A DNA stretch of 45,607 bases from Minisyncoccota bacterium (GTDB lineage: Bacteria > Patescibacteriota > Minisyncoccia > Phycocordibacterales > Zambryskibacteraceae). Shown one piece after another: positions 9,200 through 18,375 of this stretch (positions are counted from its first letter, which is position 1; each line of letters begins with the position of its first letter). Under the pieces are notes generated by a model. That model saw only the letters and a list, made by a program, of their open reading frames with translations. It searched no databases and had not been told where the DNA came from. The stretch covers positions 1 through 45,607 of the forward strand of contig DATDVZ010000002.1 in NCBI GenBank assembly GCA_036517475.1. The letters are read 5' to 3'. Both the position numbers and the translations under genes were made by a program.

Positions 9200-9688
9200 A
9201 TGGCCGTTATTTATGTTGGTTGCGCCCTAAGTCAGGCATCAGAGGTATTTAAGGATAGGGTGGCGGAGTTCAAACGCTCCCTTTCGGAGAATCACGAAGT
9301 TCTGGAATTTGTTCTAGCTAAAGATGTCAGCGATGAATTTGTTTTTCTAAATGATGCAGGATGTGTTGAAAGATGCGATATATTTCTTGCAATAACTGAC
9401 CTTGCTTCTCAGGGACTAGGTGGAGAAATACTTTTAGCACTTTCTAAATTTCGAAAACCGGTTCTATGTGTTTATCACGATTGGGATACTCGCTCAAGGT
9501 TTATTCATGGGCTCACAGCTTGGTATTCTGATCTGATAACTTTTGAACAGTATAGAGATCTTTCTGATGTTGCAAGAACAATTCTTCCAGAGTTCTTGAG
9601 AAAAAATGCCTGGAGGTTTTCTGGAAAGACATTGTCAAAATTGCCAGTTTCTGATAGTGCTATAACAGAACTTCCAACGGAGAAGTAA
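9200..9688 (+). CDS. nucleoside 2-deoxyribosyltransferase-like protein
   Basis: N-terminal VIYVGCALS, and DIFLAITD...GGEILLALSKFRKPVL containing the candidate catalytic Glu. The pattern matches the Nuc_deoxyrib_tr fold. The assignment is tentative. Confidence 0.45.
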   Translation: MAVIYVGCALSQASEVFKDRVAEFKRSLSENHEVLEFVLAKDVSDEFVFLNDAGCVERCDIFLAITDLASQGLGGEILLALSKFRKPVLCVYHDWDTRSRFIHGLTAWYSDLITFEQYRDLSDVARTILPEFLRKNAWRFSGKTLSKLPVSDSAITELPTEK

Positions 9689-9689
9689 A

Positions 9690-10013
9690 ATGTACCTTGT
9701 TTTTATTAAAGCCAATGCGAGGGATACTACTGTTCCTTCGTACGGACCCTGTTTTGTTACGGAGGATCCGGTCAAGGCTTTACAAGAAGCGCGTGCAGTC
9801 TTTGAGCACAGTATGCGTTGGTTTGTAAGCTCGGTCACGATCTATAGCATCCAAAAGGACAGATTTTATCATTTGGATGACTTCCTGAATGAGAATTTCG
9901 AGAAGAATGCTGTCTTCTTCAGCTTCTGGGCAAGTACTCCTGAGCTTGGGGAAACTGTTGAAAGATTTTTTGGGGACTTCAAATCTTTATCAGAAGTTAC
10001 TCAAGAAGTCTAA
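9690..10013 (+). CDS. hypothetical protein, translationally coupled to upstream gene
   Basis: The start ATG lies 2 nt after the upstream stop. No family is recognised. Confidence 0.4.
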   Translation: MYLVFIKANARDTTVPSYGPCFVTEDPVKALQEARAVFEHSMRWFVSSVTIYSIQKDRFYHLDDFLNENFEKNAVFFSFWASTPELGETVERFFGDFKSLSEVTQEV

Positions 10014-10023
10014 GAATAAAAAT

Positions 10024-10042
10024 GCTCCGAGAATCTCGGAGC
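10024..10042. terminator. bidirectional terminator GCTCCGAG-aat-CTCGGAGC flanked by T/A runs
   Basis: 8-bp stem between convergent genes. TTTTTT follows on the + strand, and a T-rich tract follows on the - strand. Confidence 0.6.
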
Positions 10043-10048
10043 TTTTTT

Positions 10049-11404
10049 CTATTCTTTCATAACGATATCGTGGCTTCCTCGCCTGATATCAAAGCGATCC
10101 GGTTCAGGATCAAAATGAATCTTGAGTCCTTGTGCACCGAAGGTTTCTAGGAGGGAATATCCCATTTGGCGAGCTCTTTGCCTTAAAGTGGGATGCACAA
10201 ATCGAGTTGAGCGTAATTCTACTATGTATACAAGAGCTGGAATGTCTCCTGAAAGCTGATTGGGAAGAATATATCCCATTGGAATGTAATATTGACTTTC
10301 AAAATCAGTTGCATTCAGTGCCGCTATTCTTTGATCTTGTTCCCTTAAAAGAATCTTAGCTTCTTCTCTTACAGAAGTTGGAAGTTCTGATAAGTACCAA
10401 GAATGAAAACCATGAGATGTAGTAACACGAGGCATCATCTGAATTATTGATCGATGCCTCTGAAGATCTCTGAAAGAACCGAAGTCAAGCATGAATTCAA
10501 ATCGAACTGTTCCACTGACTCCGACTTTCTTAGGAATCTCTGTCTTTGGTGGTCTTCTTTCTAGAGTCTCACGGAAGTTCCTAAGTAAATCAGTGTCTAC
10601 ACCACTAAATGCCAAACGAAAATCTACCCATACTTCTTTGTTAAAGTAATATTCATTCTTCATCCACCATGCATTGTAGTCTTCTGTTGCCTCATATTTC
10701 TTTTGATTAAACGAGTTGGGATGAGCTTCTCTTAAAGCATCTTCCATAGCCTCAGCAACATTACGGACTTCTAGTAGTGGATGATGACGAAGAAGCATTA
10801 TGTGGTCGGACGCCTGCCTTAGGTTTGTTTCCCAAGAAAGATTGGTAGAAGCTCCGGCAGGCAAGAAACCTCGCATGATATCAAAAGCGCGAGCTTTCAC
10901 TGCTTTTTCGTATAGCTTTTCATCTTCCCCTTCTTGTCTTGGGAATCTGCGTTCAACATCTTCAATTGTTGAAGATAGACCTCTAACGTAAAAATCTCTC
11001 CAAGCCTCAAGAATTACTTCTCCTTCTGCTGATCCAAGGGGATTGACTAGGTGCTGTTTCGCAAAATCAATGTAGCGGGTTGAGGACTCCTGGCCGCTGT
11101 AAAGCATCCAGTCCTGGATGGCTTTAGCGACAAGCATTGAAACACCCTCAATAAAGATTTCAGTTGTTCCACAATCACCAATTGATTTGTCGCCATAACC
11201 GACATAATAAGTCTGCATAAGACCGCCCGAACCTTTTTTCGCCAGGATGCCTAAGTGATGTCTAAGGCCTCCCACTGATCGTGAATGAAGCGCCTGAAGC
11301 ATTGCCCTATCTTCAGCTGTAATAACAGCGCCCGTGTCAAGAATAATTACAGAACCAAGATCTGGAAGAGCCCTTTCCACATGTCTAAGAGAATCTAATG
11401 ACAT
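10049..11404 (-). CDS. thyX: FAD-dependent thymidylate synthase ThyX-like, tandem-duplicated (two Thy1 repeats in one chain)
   Basis: The second repeat has FRDLQRHRS (RHR motif) and LVYIVELRSTRFVHPTLRQRARQM, matching the ThyX C-terminal motif. The first repeat has EIFIEGVSMLVAKAI, SGQESSTRY and ARAFDIMRGFLPAGASTNLSWETNLRQASDHIML, but lacks RHR. Confidence 0.6.
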   Translation of the reverse strand: MSLDSLRHVERALPDLGSVIILDTGAVITAEDRAMLQALHSRSVGGLRHHLGILAKKGSGGLMQTYYVGYGDKSIGDCGTTEIFIEGVSMLVAKAIQDWMLYSGQESSTRYIDFAKQHLVNPLGSAEGEVILEAWRDFYVRGLSSTIEDVERRFPRQEGEDEKLYEKAVKARAFDIMRGFLPAGASTNLSWETNLRQASDHIMLLRHHPLLEVRNVAEAMEDALREAHPNSFNQKKYEATEDYNAWWMKNEYYFNKEVWVDFRLAFSGVDTDLLRNFRETLERRPPKTEIPKKVGVSGTVRFEFMLDFGSFRDLQRHRSIIQMMPRVTTSHGFHSWYLSELPTSVREEAKILLREQDQRIAALNATDFESQYYIPMGYILPNQLSGDIPALVYIVELRSTRFVHPTLRQRARQMGYSLLETFGAQGLKIHFDPEPDRFDIRRGSHDIVMKE

Positions 11405-11528
11405 TTTGTCTCCTTTTTGAGGTCAAAGATCGTCCCAAGTTAACTCTAAATTCAATTAAATTTAAGTCAATATTGACCATGGTATTTAATAAATTTACTC
11501 TTTAGTGAGACTGCACATTAGGAGATTT

Positions 11529-12176
11529 ATGGAGTCAGGAAGAGTAATAGCTCTTGAAGGAGGCGAGGGTGCTGGTAAGACTACTATCTGGAATGTTTTA
11601 GAGCAGTTAGCTAAAGGCAATGGAAGTTTTACATTTTGCAGAGAACCAGGCGGGACAACCTTTGGAGAAAAGGTAAGACAAGTAATATTTGCAGTTGATG
11701 AAGAAATTCTTCCCGAAACTGAAATGATGCTTTTCATGGCGTCCCGACTGGAGTTATTCAAAAGAGTTGTTCGCCCCGCTCTTAGGCTTGGCCGCCATGT
11801 TGTTACAGACAGGCTTGATGCTTCAACATATGTCTACCAGATATATGCTCCCAGAAGATTATGGCTTGAGCCTGTTTTTCGTTCTCTCCAGCGGGTTTAT
11901 CTTTCTCCTCCGACATCGGATAGCGATTGGATCAGGCCAGTCTATATTCTTCTTGATATTGATCCTGTGGTAGGTCTTGCAAGAGCTAAATCAAGAAAAG
12001 TGGGGAATAAGTTTGATGATAGACCCGTGGCGTATCACCAAATGGTAAGAGAAGGGTACAATCATTACATAAAAGGTGAGAAATATCATGCAGTGATAGA
12101 TGCCTCCTTACCTCTTGATGAGATAGTTGAGAAAGTGAGAAAGGTAATTTGGGAATTCACAGGAGTGAAGCTATAA
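11529..12176 (+). CDS. tmk: thymidylate kinase
   Basis: P-loop ALEGGEGAGKTT and the REPGGT motif. Start is placed at ATG 11529, which has AGGAGA 5 nt upstream. The track ORF extends to 11505. Confidence 0.85.
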   Translation: MESGRVIALEGGEGAGKTTIWNVLEQLAKGNGSFTFCREPGGTTFGEKVRQVIFAVDEEILPETEMMLFMASRLELFKRVVRPALRLGRHVVTDRLDASTYVYQIYAPRRLWLEPVFRSLQRVYLSPPTSDSDWIRPVYILLDIDPVVGLARAKSRKVGNKFDDRPVAYHQMVREGYNHYIKGEKYHAVIDASLPLDEIVEKVRKVIWEFTGVKL

Positions 12177-12223
12177 GCTCTGGGATACAGGGCTTTTTTA
12201 ATAAATGATATTATGAAATCGCA

Positions 12224-13912
12224 GTGATAGAAGAAATAAAAAAAAGTATAGAGGAAGCTATAAAAAATCTATCTTTATCCCTTTTAGATTTTACGGTCGA
12301 GCATCCGGAAAACGCTGAATTTGGTGATTATTCCAGCAACGTAGCCCTGGTTTGCGCCAAGAATCTCAAGGTTAATCCAATGGATTTAGCCCAAAAAATT
12401 ACAGAAATTCTTCGACAAACTCAGGGCGATTCGATAAATCGAATCGAAATTGCAAAGCCGGGATTTATAAATTTTTTTCTTTCGGAAGATTTCTTAAAGA
12501 ACTCACTTGAGGAAATTTTGGATAAAGGAGAAAACTATGGGAAAAATAAAAATTTAAAAGGGCAAAAAATTATTATTGAATATACGGATGCTAATCCGTT
12601 CAAGGAATTTCATATTGGTCATATTGTTGATAATGCGGTTGGAGAAACAATCTCAAGGATTATTGAATGGAATGGAGCTGAAGTAAGAAGGGCAAATTAT
12701 CAAGGTGATGTGGGATTGCATATTGCCAAGGCTGTTGCAGAAAAGATAAAAAGTAGACGAGAATGGGAAAATGAAAAGGATGTTGCAAGCTCTTACGCTT
12801 CTGGTTCAAAACTTTATGAAGCCGATAAAGAATTTGCCGATTTTGTAATTGAAATAAATAAAAAAATTTATTTAAAAAATGATAAAGAGGTAAATGAAAT
12901 CTATGAACTAGGAAAAAGATTGACATTAGATTATTTTGAGTCGCTTTATAGAATTCTCGGAACAAAGTTTGATTATTATTTTTTTGAATCCACTACAGCC
13001 GAGTTTGGCAAAGCTCTTGTTGCAGAGAACAAAAAAATTTTTGAAGAGAGCGACGGCGCGGTAGTTTACAGGGGCGAAAAAAGAGACCCGAAGCTTCATA
13101 CGCGTGTTTTTATAAACAAAGAAGGTCTGCCAACATATGAAGCCAAAGAGTTAGGCTTGGCAAAAATAAAATATGACACTTATCCCTATGATCTTTCTAT
13201 TGTAATTACAGGAAATGAAATAAAAGATTATTTTAAGGTAATTCTTAGGGTATTGGCTGAGATTTTTCCGGACCTGGCTAAAAAAACCCTTCATTTAAGC
13301 CATGGAATGATGAGATTACCGAGCGGGAAAATGAGCTCTCGTACCGGAGAAGTTATTACTGCGCAATCTTTAATAGACGAAGTAAGGCAAAAGGCATTAA
13401 ATAAAATTTCGGAGGGGAATAGAAATGTTACTGACAAGAATAAATTATCGCAGGATATTGCTGTTGCGGCAATTAAATATTCAATACTGAAACAAGCCAT
13501 CGGAAAAGATATAGTTTTTGATGCTGAAAGTGCCTTGTCATTTGAAGGAGATTCAGGACCTTATTTGCAATATACTTATGCTCGGATCAATTCATTAGTT
13601 GAAAACGGAAGAGAGGTTGGAATCTCTCCAACTGTCTTAACCACTGAGGTCGGCACAGGAGTGGTTGAAAGAATTCTTTACCGTTTTCCTGAGATTGTTG
13701 AGAGAGCTTATGAAGAATTTTCACCTCAATATATTTCAACTTATCTTATAGAAGTGGCCAGTGTTTTTAATAATTTTTATGCAAAAAATTTGATAGTTGA
13801 TGAAAAAGAAAAAATAATTTCTTCTCATCGGCTTGCAATTGCCAAAGCAGTCTCCCTAGTTATTCAAAACGGACTCTATCTTCTAGGAGTTTCTTCTCCT
13901 GAGAAAATGTGA
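12224..13912 (+). CDS. argS: arginine--tRNA ligase
   Basis: N-terminal Arg_tRNA_synt_N-like domain. FHIGHIVDNAVGE is the class-I HIGH region. DALYS-type anticodon-binding C-terminus. GTG start. Confidence 0.9.
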   Translation: MIEEIKKSIEEAIKNLSLSLLDFTVEHPENAEFGDYSSNVALVCAKNLKVNPMDLAQKITEILRQTQGDSINRIEIAKPGFINFFLSEDFLKNSLEEILDKGENYGKNKNLKGQKIIIEYTDANPFKEFHIGHIVDNAVGETISRIIEWNGAEVRRANYQGDVGLHIAKAVAEKIKSRREWENEKDVASSYASGSKLYEADKEFADFVIEINKKIYLKNDKEVNEIYELGKRLTLDYFESLYRILGTKFDYYFFESTTAEFGKALVAENKKIFEESDGAVVYRGEKRDPKLHTRVFINKEGLPTYEAKELGLAKIKYDTYPYDLSIVITGNEIKDYFKVILRVLAEIFPDLAKKTLHLSHGMMRLPSGKMSSRTGEVITAQSLIDEVRQKALNKISEGNRNVTDKNKLSQDIAVAAIKYSILKQAIGKDIVFDAESALSFEGDSGPYLQYTYARINSLVENGREVGISPTVLTTEVGTGVVERILYRFPEIVERAYEEFSPQYISTYLIEVASVFNNFYAKNLIVDEKEKIISSHRLAIAKAVSLVIQNGLYLLGVSSPEKM

Positions 13913-13972
13913 TACGAATGTTACGAATCTGCCGACTGGCAGGCCGAATGATACGAATAAGTTGCAATTTTT

Positions 13973-14359
13973 TTGCAAATACATAACCTATATTTAGATT
14001 GTACACGAGAGGTATATGTGCACTTAAAAATTAAAGGAATTCCATTTCTTGATTTCCCTGTGACAAATGAAACCTTGATACTAGTTAGCAGGGGTATTAA
14101 GAGGCTGTGTATTGATAATGATGTTAAACAGAAAGATTTGGCAGAGCTACTTGGTTACAACTCTGCTTACCTATCTCAATTACTTACTGGATCAAGAGTT
14201 TTTTCATTCAAGCATTTGATAGTAATTGCAGATTTGTTCAGCAAGTCTTTAAGTGAATTGTTTATATATTGTCGTTCACCGCACAGAAGCGACATACATC
14301 TAGAAGGTTTAATAGAGGCAGCTCTGATTTTGGAAGCTTGCCCAGCATTTCAATCGTAA
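13973..14359 (+). CDS. XRE-family helix-turn-helix protein
   Basis: KQKDLAELLGYNSAYLSQLLTGSR is a Cro/C1-type HTH. The true start may lie downstream. Confidence 0.4.
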   Translation: MQIHNLYLDCTREVYVHLKIKGIPFLDFPVTNETLILVSRGIKRLCIDNDVKQKDLAELLGYNSAYLSQLLTGSRVFSFKHLIVIADLFSKSLSELFIYCRSPHRSDIHLEGLIEAALILEACPAFQS

Positions 14360-14453
14360 ACTTGTGGTTTGCGATTTTTTTATTGACAAAATAGGTTGGC
14401 TTAGTAGATTGTTTACGTCCAAGAACCTAACCCCAACAACGGAGTGAAGTCTC

Positions 14454-14603
14454 ATGCTATGGACAATCTTTGTGGTTCTTTTGATTTTTTGGCTATTAGG
14501 GATGGTTTCAGGATATGTTCTTGGAGGATTTATTCACATCCTTCTTTTGGTTGCTCTGGCAGTTGTTCTTATCAGAGTAATTCATGGCAGACGATCTCTT
14601 TGA
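14454..14603 (+). CDS. lmo0937-family small membrane protein (49 aa; absent from ORF track)
   Basis: Manual translation gives MLWTIFVVLLIFWLLGMVSGYVLGGFIHILLLVALAVVLIRVIHGRRSL, the lmo0937-family pattern. GGAG lies 8 nt upstream. Confidence 0.7.
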   Translation: MLWTIFVVLLIFWLLGMVSGYVLGGFIHILLLVALAVVLIRVIHGRRSL

Positions 14604-14657
14604 AATATCGTCGTGCAAAAATCAGCAACTATAAAATTGTTTTTCCGGAGTAGATAA

Positions 14658-14688
14658 CTGCAGACTTGAAGTTTGCGGTTTTTTTTGT
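14658..14688 (+). terminator. intrinsic terminator (8-bp stem incl. 2 G-U, then T8)
   Basis: CTGCAGAC-ttgaa-GTTTGCGG followed by TTTTTTTT. Confidence 0.5.
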
Positions 14689-14747
14689 ATAATAAATTTA
14701 GAAAGACGGATAAGGAGTTCCTCTTTAACTTCCACAAGGAGCTAAAG

Positions 14748-14830
14748 ATGAAAAAAATACTTTCCATTGTTTGCTAATAGCAATTTGGAATCTTGCTTTT
14801 TCAGACGATTCTCCAGGGAATCGTTTTTTA
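14748..14830 (+). promoter_or_regulatory. candidate ileS leader-peptide attenuator (MKKILSIVC mini-ORF + alternative 1:2/2:3/3:4 hairpins + terminator)
   Basis: The 9-codon ORF at 14748-14777 has an SD (GGAGCT) and 2 Ile codons. Segment 1 AGCAA (14779-83) pairs with segment 2 TTGCT (14793-97). GAATC (14788-92) can alternatively pair with GATTC (14807-11). The terminator ACGATTC-tccagg-GAATCGT-TTTTTT spans 14805-14830. Confidence 0.35.
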
Positions 14831-14862
14831 ATTGCAAAAAAAATGCTACGATTATCAAATAA

Positions 14863-17800
14863 ATGGCTAGAAATAGAGTTAACCTACAACCTACAACTTA
14901 CAACAAACAATCCAAGTCTTTACTGGCGCAAAAGGAGGAGGAGATTCTAGATTTCTGGAGACAGAATAAAATTTTCCAAAAATCTCTTGAAAAGCCCTCC
15001 CCAAAGGGAGAATTTGTATTTTATGAGGGTCCTCCAACCGCCAATGGCAAACCGGGGATGCATCACTTTTATCAGCGCGCTTTCAAAGACCTTATTCCGC
15101 GCTTCAAGACAATGCAGGGTTACCATGTCAGAAGAAAAGCGGGCTGGGATACTCACGGTCTTCCAGTTGAGCTTGAGGTTGAAAAAAAACTCGGGATTAA
15201 ATCAAAAAAAGAAATAGAGACTTATGGTATTGCAAAATTTAATGAAGAGTGTAAAAAAAGTGTTTGGACGTATGTTCTAGAGTGGGAGGATTTTTCAAAA
15301 AGGATGGGATTTTGGTTGGACTTTGAAAATCCATATGTAACTTACGAGCCCCAGTATATTGAATCAATATGGAGCATTGTTAAACATATTGATGACAGAG
15401 GACTTTTATATAAAGACTATAAAGTTGTGCCGTGGTGTCCTAGATGCGGCACAGCACTCTCTTCTCATGAACTGGCACAGGGATACGAGGATGTTAAGGA
15501 CGTTTCGGTTTTTGTTAAATTCAAAATAACTAACAACAAACAACCAACAACTAACAACACTTATCTGCTTGCGTGGACAACTACACCTTGGACACTGCCG
15601 GGAAATGTTGCTTTAGCAGTTGGAGAGAACATTGAATATGTAGAAGTAACCAACAACCAACAACTAACAACCAACAATAAAAAAGAACATTTAATATTGG
15701 CAAAAAATAGACTCACTGTTTTTGATAAAGAATACGAGATTGTCAAAGAACTTAAAGGAAGAGATTTAGTTGGTTTGGAGTATGAACCATTGTTTCCATA
15801 TTTGAAAGATAATATTTCCGAGTCACAAAAGGAAAATTTAAAAAATGCTTATAAAGTTTACCCGGCGGATTTTGTTACAACAGAGGAGGGTACCGGTATA
15901 GTTCATACAGCAGTGATGTACGGTCAGGATGATTTTGAATTGGGGACAAAAATTGGCTTACCCAAGCATCACTTAGTTGGGGAAGATGGAAAATTTCTTC
16001 CAAATACAGGCGAAATTTCCGGCAAGTTTGTAAAAGATAAAGAAACCCAAGATTGGATAATAAATGACCTTAAATCAAGAAACTTGTTATTAAAAGAGGA
16101 GCTCTATGAACACTCTTATCCATTCTGTTGGAGATGTAATACGCCTTTAATTTATTACGCAAGGGATTCGTGGTATATAGCCATGTCCAAATTGCGCAAC
16201 AATCTGCTGAAAGAAAATGAAAAAATTAATTGGAATCCGGAATACATTAAAGAAGGCAGGTTCGGTGAATGGTTAAGGGAAGTCAAAGACTGGGCAATCT
16301 CTCGTGAACGTTACTGGGGGACCCCTCTTCCAGTCTGGCAAAATGAAAAGAACGAAAAAATAATTGTTGATTCAATTGAGACACTCAAGAAATATATTCC
16401 AAAATCAGGAAACCGCCACTTTGGAATGCGGCACGGTATCTCTGATCATAATATCTCGTTTACTTGCAGTTCATCAGAAAATTACGCAGATCACGTGACA
16501 GAAAAAGGAATAGGAGAAATTAAAAAGACTGCCCAAATTTTAAAGAGCAAAAATATAACAAAAATTTTTTCCTCTCCTTTTGTCCGTACCAAAGAAACAG
16601 CAGAAATTGTCGCAAAAGAAATCAATTTTCCGGTTGAAAAAATAATTTATGATGACAGAATTCGCGAATACAATTTTGGTGTATTTGATCAGAAATCTCG
16701 TAATTTATATGATGAATGGCGAAAAGAAAACAACAAATTTGACTCAAAACCCGATGGAGGGGAATCTTTCGCTGATGCTAAAAAAAGGGTAGCTGAATTT
16801 TTTTACGACATTGATCATAAACATAAAGATGAAAATATTCTCTTCATTACTCACGGCATTGCATTTGAAGTTCTTCCCTCGATTATTAATGGTTTGTCAG
16901 TAGAAGTTGGCTGGAAGGGTTGGGCACAAAGCGATGTTTTGTATGCAGATTTGAGAGAATATGAGTTTGTCCGACTTCCTCATAATGAAGAATATGAAAT
17001 TGACTTGCATAAACCTTATATTGATGAAATTGTCCTTGTAAAAGATGGTAAAGAATATCAAAGAGTGAAAGAAGTAATGGATGTCTGGTTTGATTCCGGT
17101 TCAATGCCCCTATCTCAGGATCATTATCCCTTCGACTCCTTCGACAATGCTCAGGATAAATCCGCTCAGGGTAAACCTTTTGAAAACACAAAGCTATTAT
17201 ATCCGGCGGATTTTATATGCGAGGGTCTTGATCAAACAAGGGGCTGGTTCTATACACTACATGCGATTGGTAATTTGATGGAAATGGGTCATGCCTATAA
17301 AAACGTTATATGTTTGGGGATACTTTTGGATGAAAAGGGACAAAAGATGTCAAAATCAAAAGGTAATGTCGTTGATCCATGGCAGCAAATGGAAAAATTC
17401 GGGGCTGACCCGCTGCGCTACTGGTTTTATGCTGTTAATCAGCCGGGTGAGTCAAAGGATTTTGATGAAAAATCTATTGATGAAGTCGTAAAGAAAGTTT
17501 TCAATCTTTATTTAAACTCAGTAAAGTTTTATGAGCTTTATGCTGAAAAAAACACCATAAAAATTGGGCGTTCTCACATTCTTGATCGCTGGATTATATC
17601 TTTACTCAATAAACTAATTGAGGAAGTAACGAATGATCTGGAATCGTACAAAGTCTTTGAAGCGGCACGTTCAATTCGAGAATTTATCTCTCAACTCTCC
17701 CAGTGGTATATTCGCCGATCACGTAACCGTTTTAAAGAAGATATCGAAAGAAAGGAAGCGAGCGCGACATTAAGGGAAGTACTTCTTTCACTAGCTGAAA

Positions 17801-18375
17801 TTTTAGCTCCGTTTACGCCGTTTATATCTGAAGATGTTCACCGCCGCCTTAATGGGGAAGGAGAAAGCGTCCACTTGAGAAACTGGCCTGATGTTGGAGA
17901 AATAGATGAAAAAATTATTAATAGTATGGAGAAAACAAGGATGCTCACTTCCTTGGCACTTGAAGCGCGCGCCAAGGCCGGAATTAAAATACGCCAACCT
18001 CTTTTAAAATTAAAAATCAAGGATCAAAAATCAGGATTGCCCAGTGAATTTTTAGAAATAATTAAAGAAGAGGTTAATGTCAAAAATGTTGATTTTGATG
18101 AAACAATACTGGAAGAAATTGAACTTGATACTAAAATAACTGCAGAACTGAAAGAAGAAGGGGATTTAAGGGAAATAATAAGAGCTTTTCAGGAAGCTAG
18201 AAAAGCCAAACTCCTTACCCCTGAGAAGCAAATATCTTCTTCTGTTAATGTTGATGCGAAAACAGCAGAAATAATAGAAAAAAACACCGACGAAATTAAA
18301 AGAAAAGCCAGAATCTCTTTTATTAGCATCAATATCGGCGATGAAGACAGTAAACTTGAAATAAATTTAGAATAG
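14863..18375 (+). CDS. ileS: isoleucine--tRNA ligase (type 2) with inserted histidine-phosphatase-like domain and in-frame heptamer-repeat tracts
   Basis: HIGH-region PPTANGKPGMHHFYQRAF, editing-domain WTTTPWTLP, KMSKSKGN, and a long C-terminal extension. Residues ~515-690 form an extra domain carrying RHG and THG motifs. Confidence 0.95.
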   Translation: MARNRVNLQPTTYNKQSKSLLAQKEEEILDFWRQNKIFQKSLEKPSPKGEFVFYEGPPTANGKPGMHHFYQRAFKDLIPRFKTMQGYHVRRKAGWDTHGLPVELEVEKKLGIKSKKEIETYGIAKFNEECKKSVWTYVLEWEDFSKRMGFWLDFENPYVTYEPQYIESIWSIVKHIDDRGLLYKDYKVVPWCPRCGTALSSHELAQGYEDVKDVSVFVKFKITNNKQPTTNNTYLLAWTTTPWTLPGNVALAVGENIEYVEVTNNQQLTTNNKKEHLILAKNRLTVFDKEYEIVKELKGRDLVGLEYEPLFPYLKDNISESQKENLKNAYKVYPADFVTTEEGTGIVHTAVMYGQDDFELGTKIGLPKHHLVGEDGKFLPNTGEISGKFVKDKETQDWIINDLKSRNLLLKEELYEHSYPFCWRCNTPLIYYARDSWYIAMSKLRNNLLKENEKINWNPEYIKEGRFGEWLREVKDWAISRERYWGTPLPVWQNEKNEKIIVDSIETLKKYIPKSGNRHFGMRHGISDHNISFTCSSSENYADHVTEKGIGEIKKTAQILKSKNITKIFSSPFVRTKETAEIVAKEINFPVEKIIYDDRIREYNFGVFDQKSRNLYDEWRKENNKFDSKPDGGESFADAKKRVAEFFYDIDHKHKDENILFITHGIAFEVLPSIINGLSVEVGWKGWAQSDVLYADLREYEFVRLPHNEEYEIDLHKPYIDEIVLVKDGKEYQRVKEVMDVWFDSGSMPLSQDHYPFDSFDNAQDKSAQGKPFENTKLLYPADFICEGLDQTRGWFYTLHAIGNLMEMGHAYKNVICLGILLDEKGQKMSKSKGNVVDPWQQMEKFGADPLRYWFYAVNQPGESKDFDEKSIDEVVKKVFNLYLNSVKFYELYAEKNTIKIGRSHILDRWIISLLNKLIEEVTNDLESYKVFEAARSIREFISQLSQWYIRRSRNRFKEDIERKEASATLREVLLSLAEILAPFTPFISEDVHRRLNGEGESVHLRNWPDVGEIDEKIINSMEKTRMLTSLALEARAKAGIKIRQPLLKLKIKDQKSGLPSEFLEIIKEEVNVKNVDFDETILEEIELDTKITAELKEEGDLREIIRAFQEARKAKLLTPEKQISSSVNVDAKTAEIIEKNTDEIKRKARISFISINIGDEDSKLEINLE
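14883..14910. repeat. heptamer tandem repeat (CCTACAA)2-CTTACAA-CAAACAA at ileS 5' end
   Basis: Four consecutive 7-mers. The tract is translated as the N-terminal NLQPTTYNKQ. Confidence 0.6.
15528..15560. repeat. heptamer tandem repeat TAACAAC-AAACAAC-CAACAAC-TAACAAC within ileS
   Basis: Translated in-frame as TNNKQPTTNNT, immediately N-terminal to the WTTTPWT editing motif. Confidence 0.65.
15648..15680. repeat. heptamer tandem repeat CAACAAC-CAACAAC-TAACAAC-CAACAAT within ileS
   Basis: Translated in-frame as VTNNQQLTTNNKK, 90 nt downstream of the previous tract. Confidence 0.65.

Noticed and set aside
16400-16930. IleRS insertion as an intein
   Set aside because: There is no Cys/Ser/Thr at the N-junction, no His-Asn at the C-terminus, and no homing-endonuclease motifs. 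Instead it has RHG/THG histidine-phosphatase motifs.
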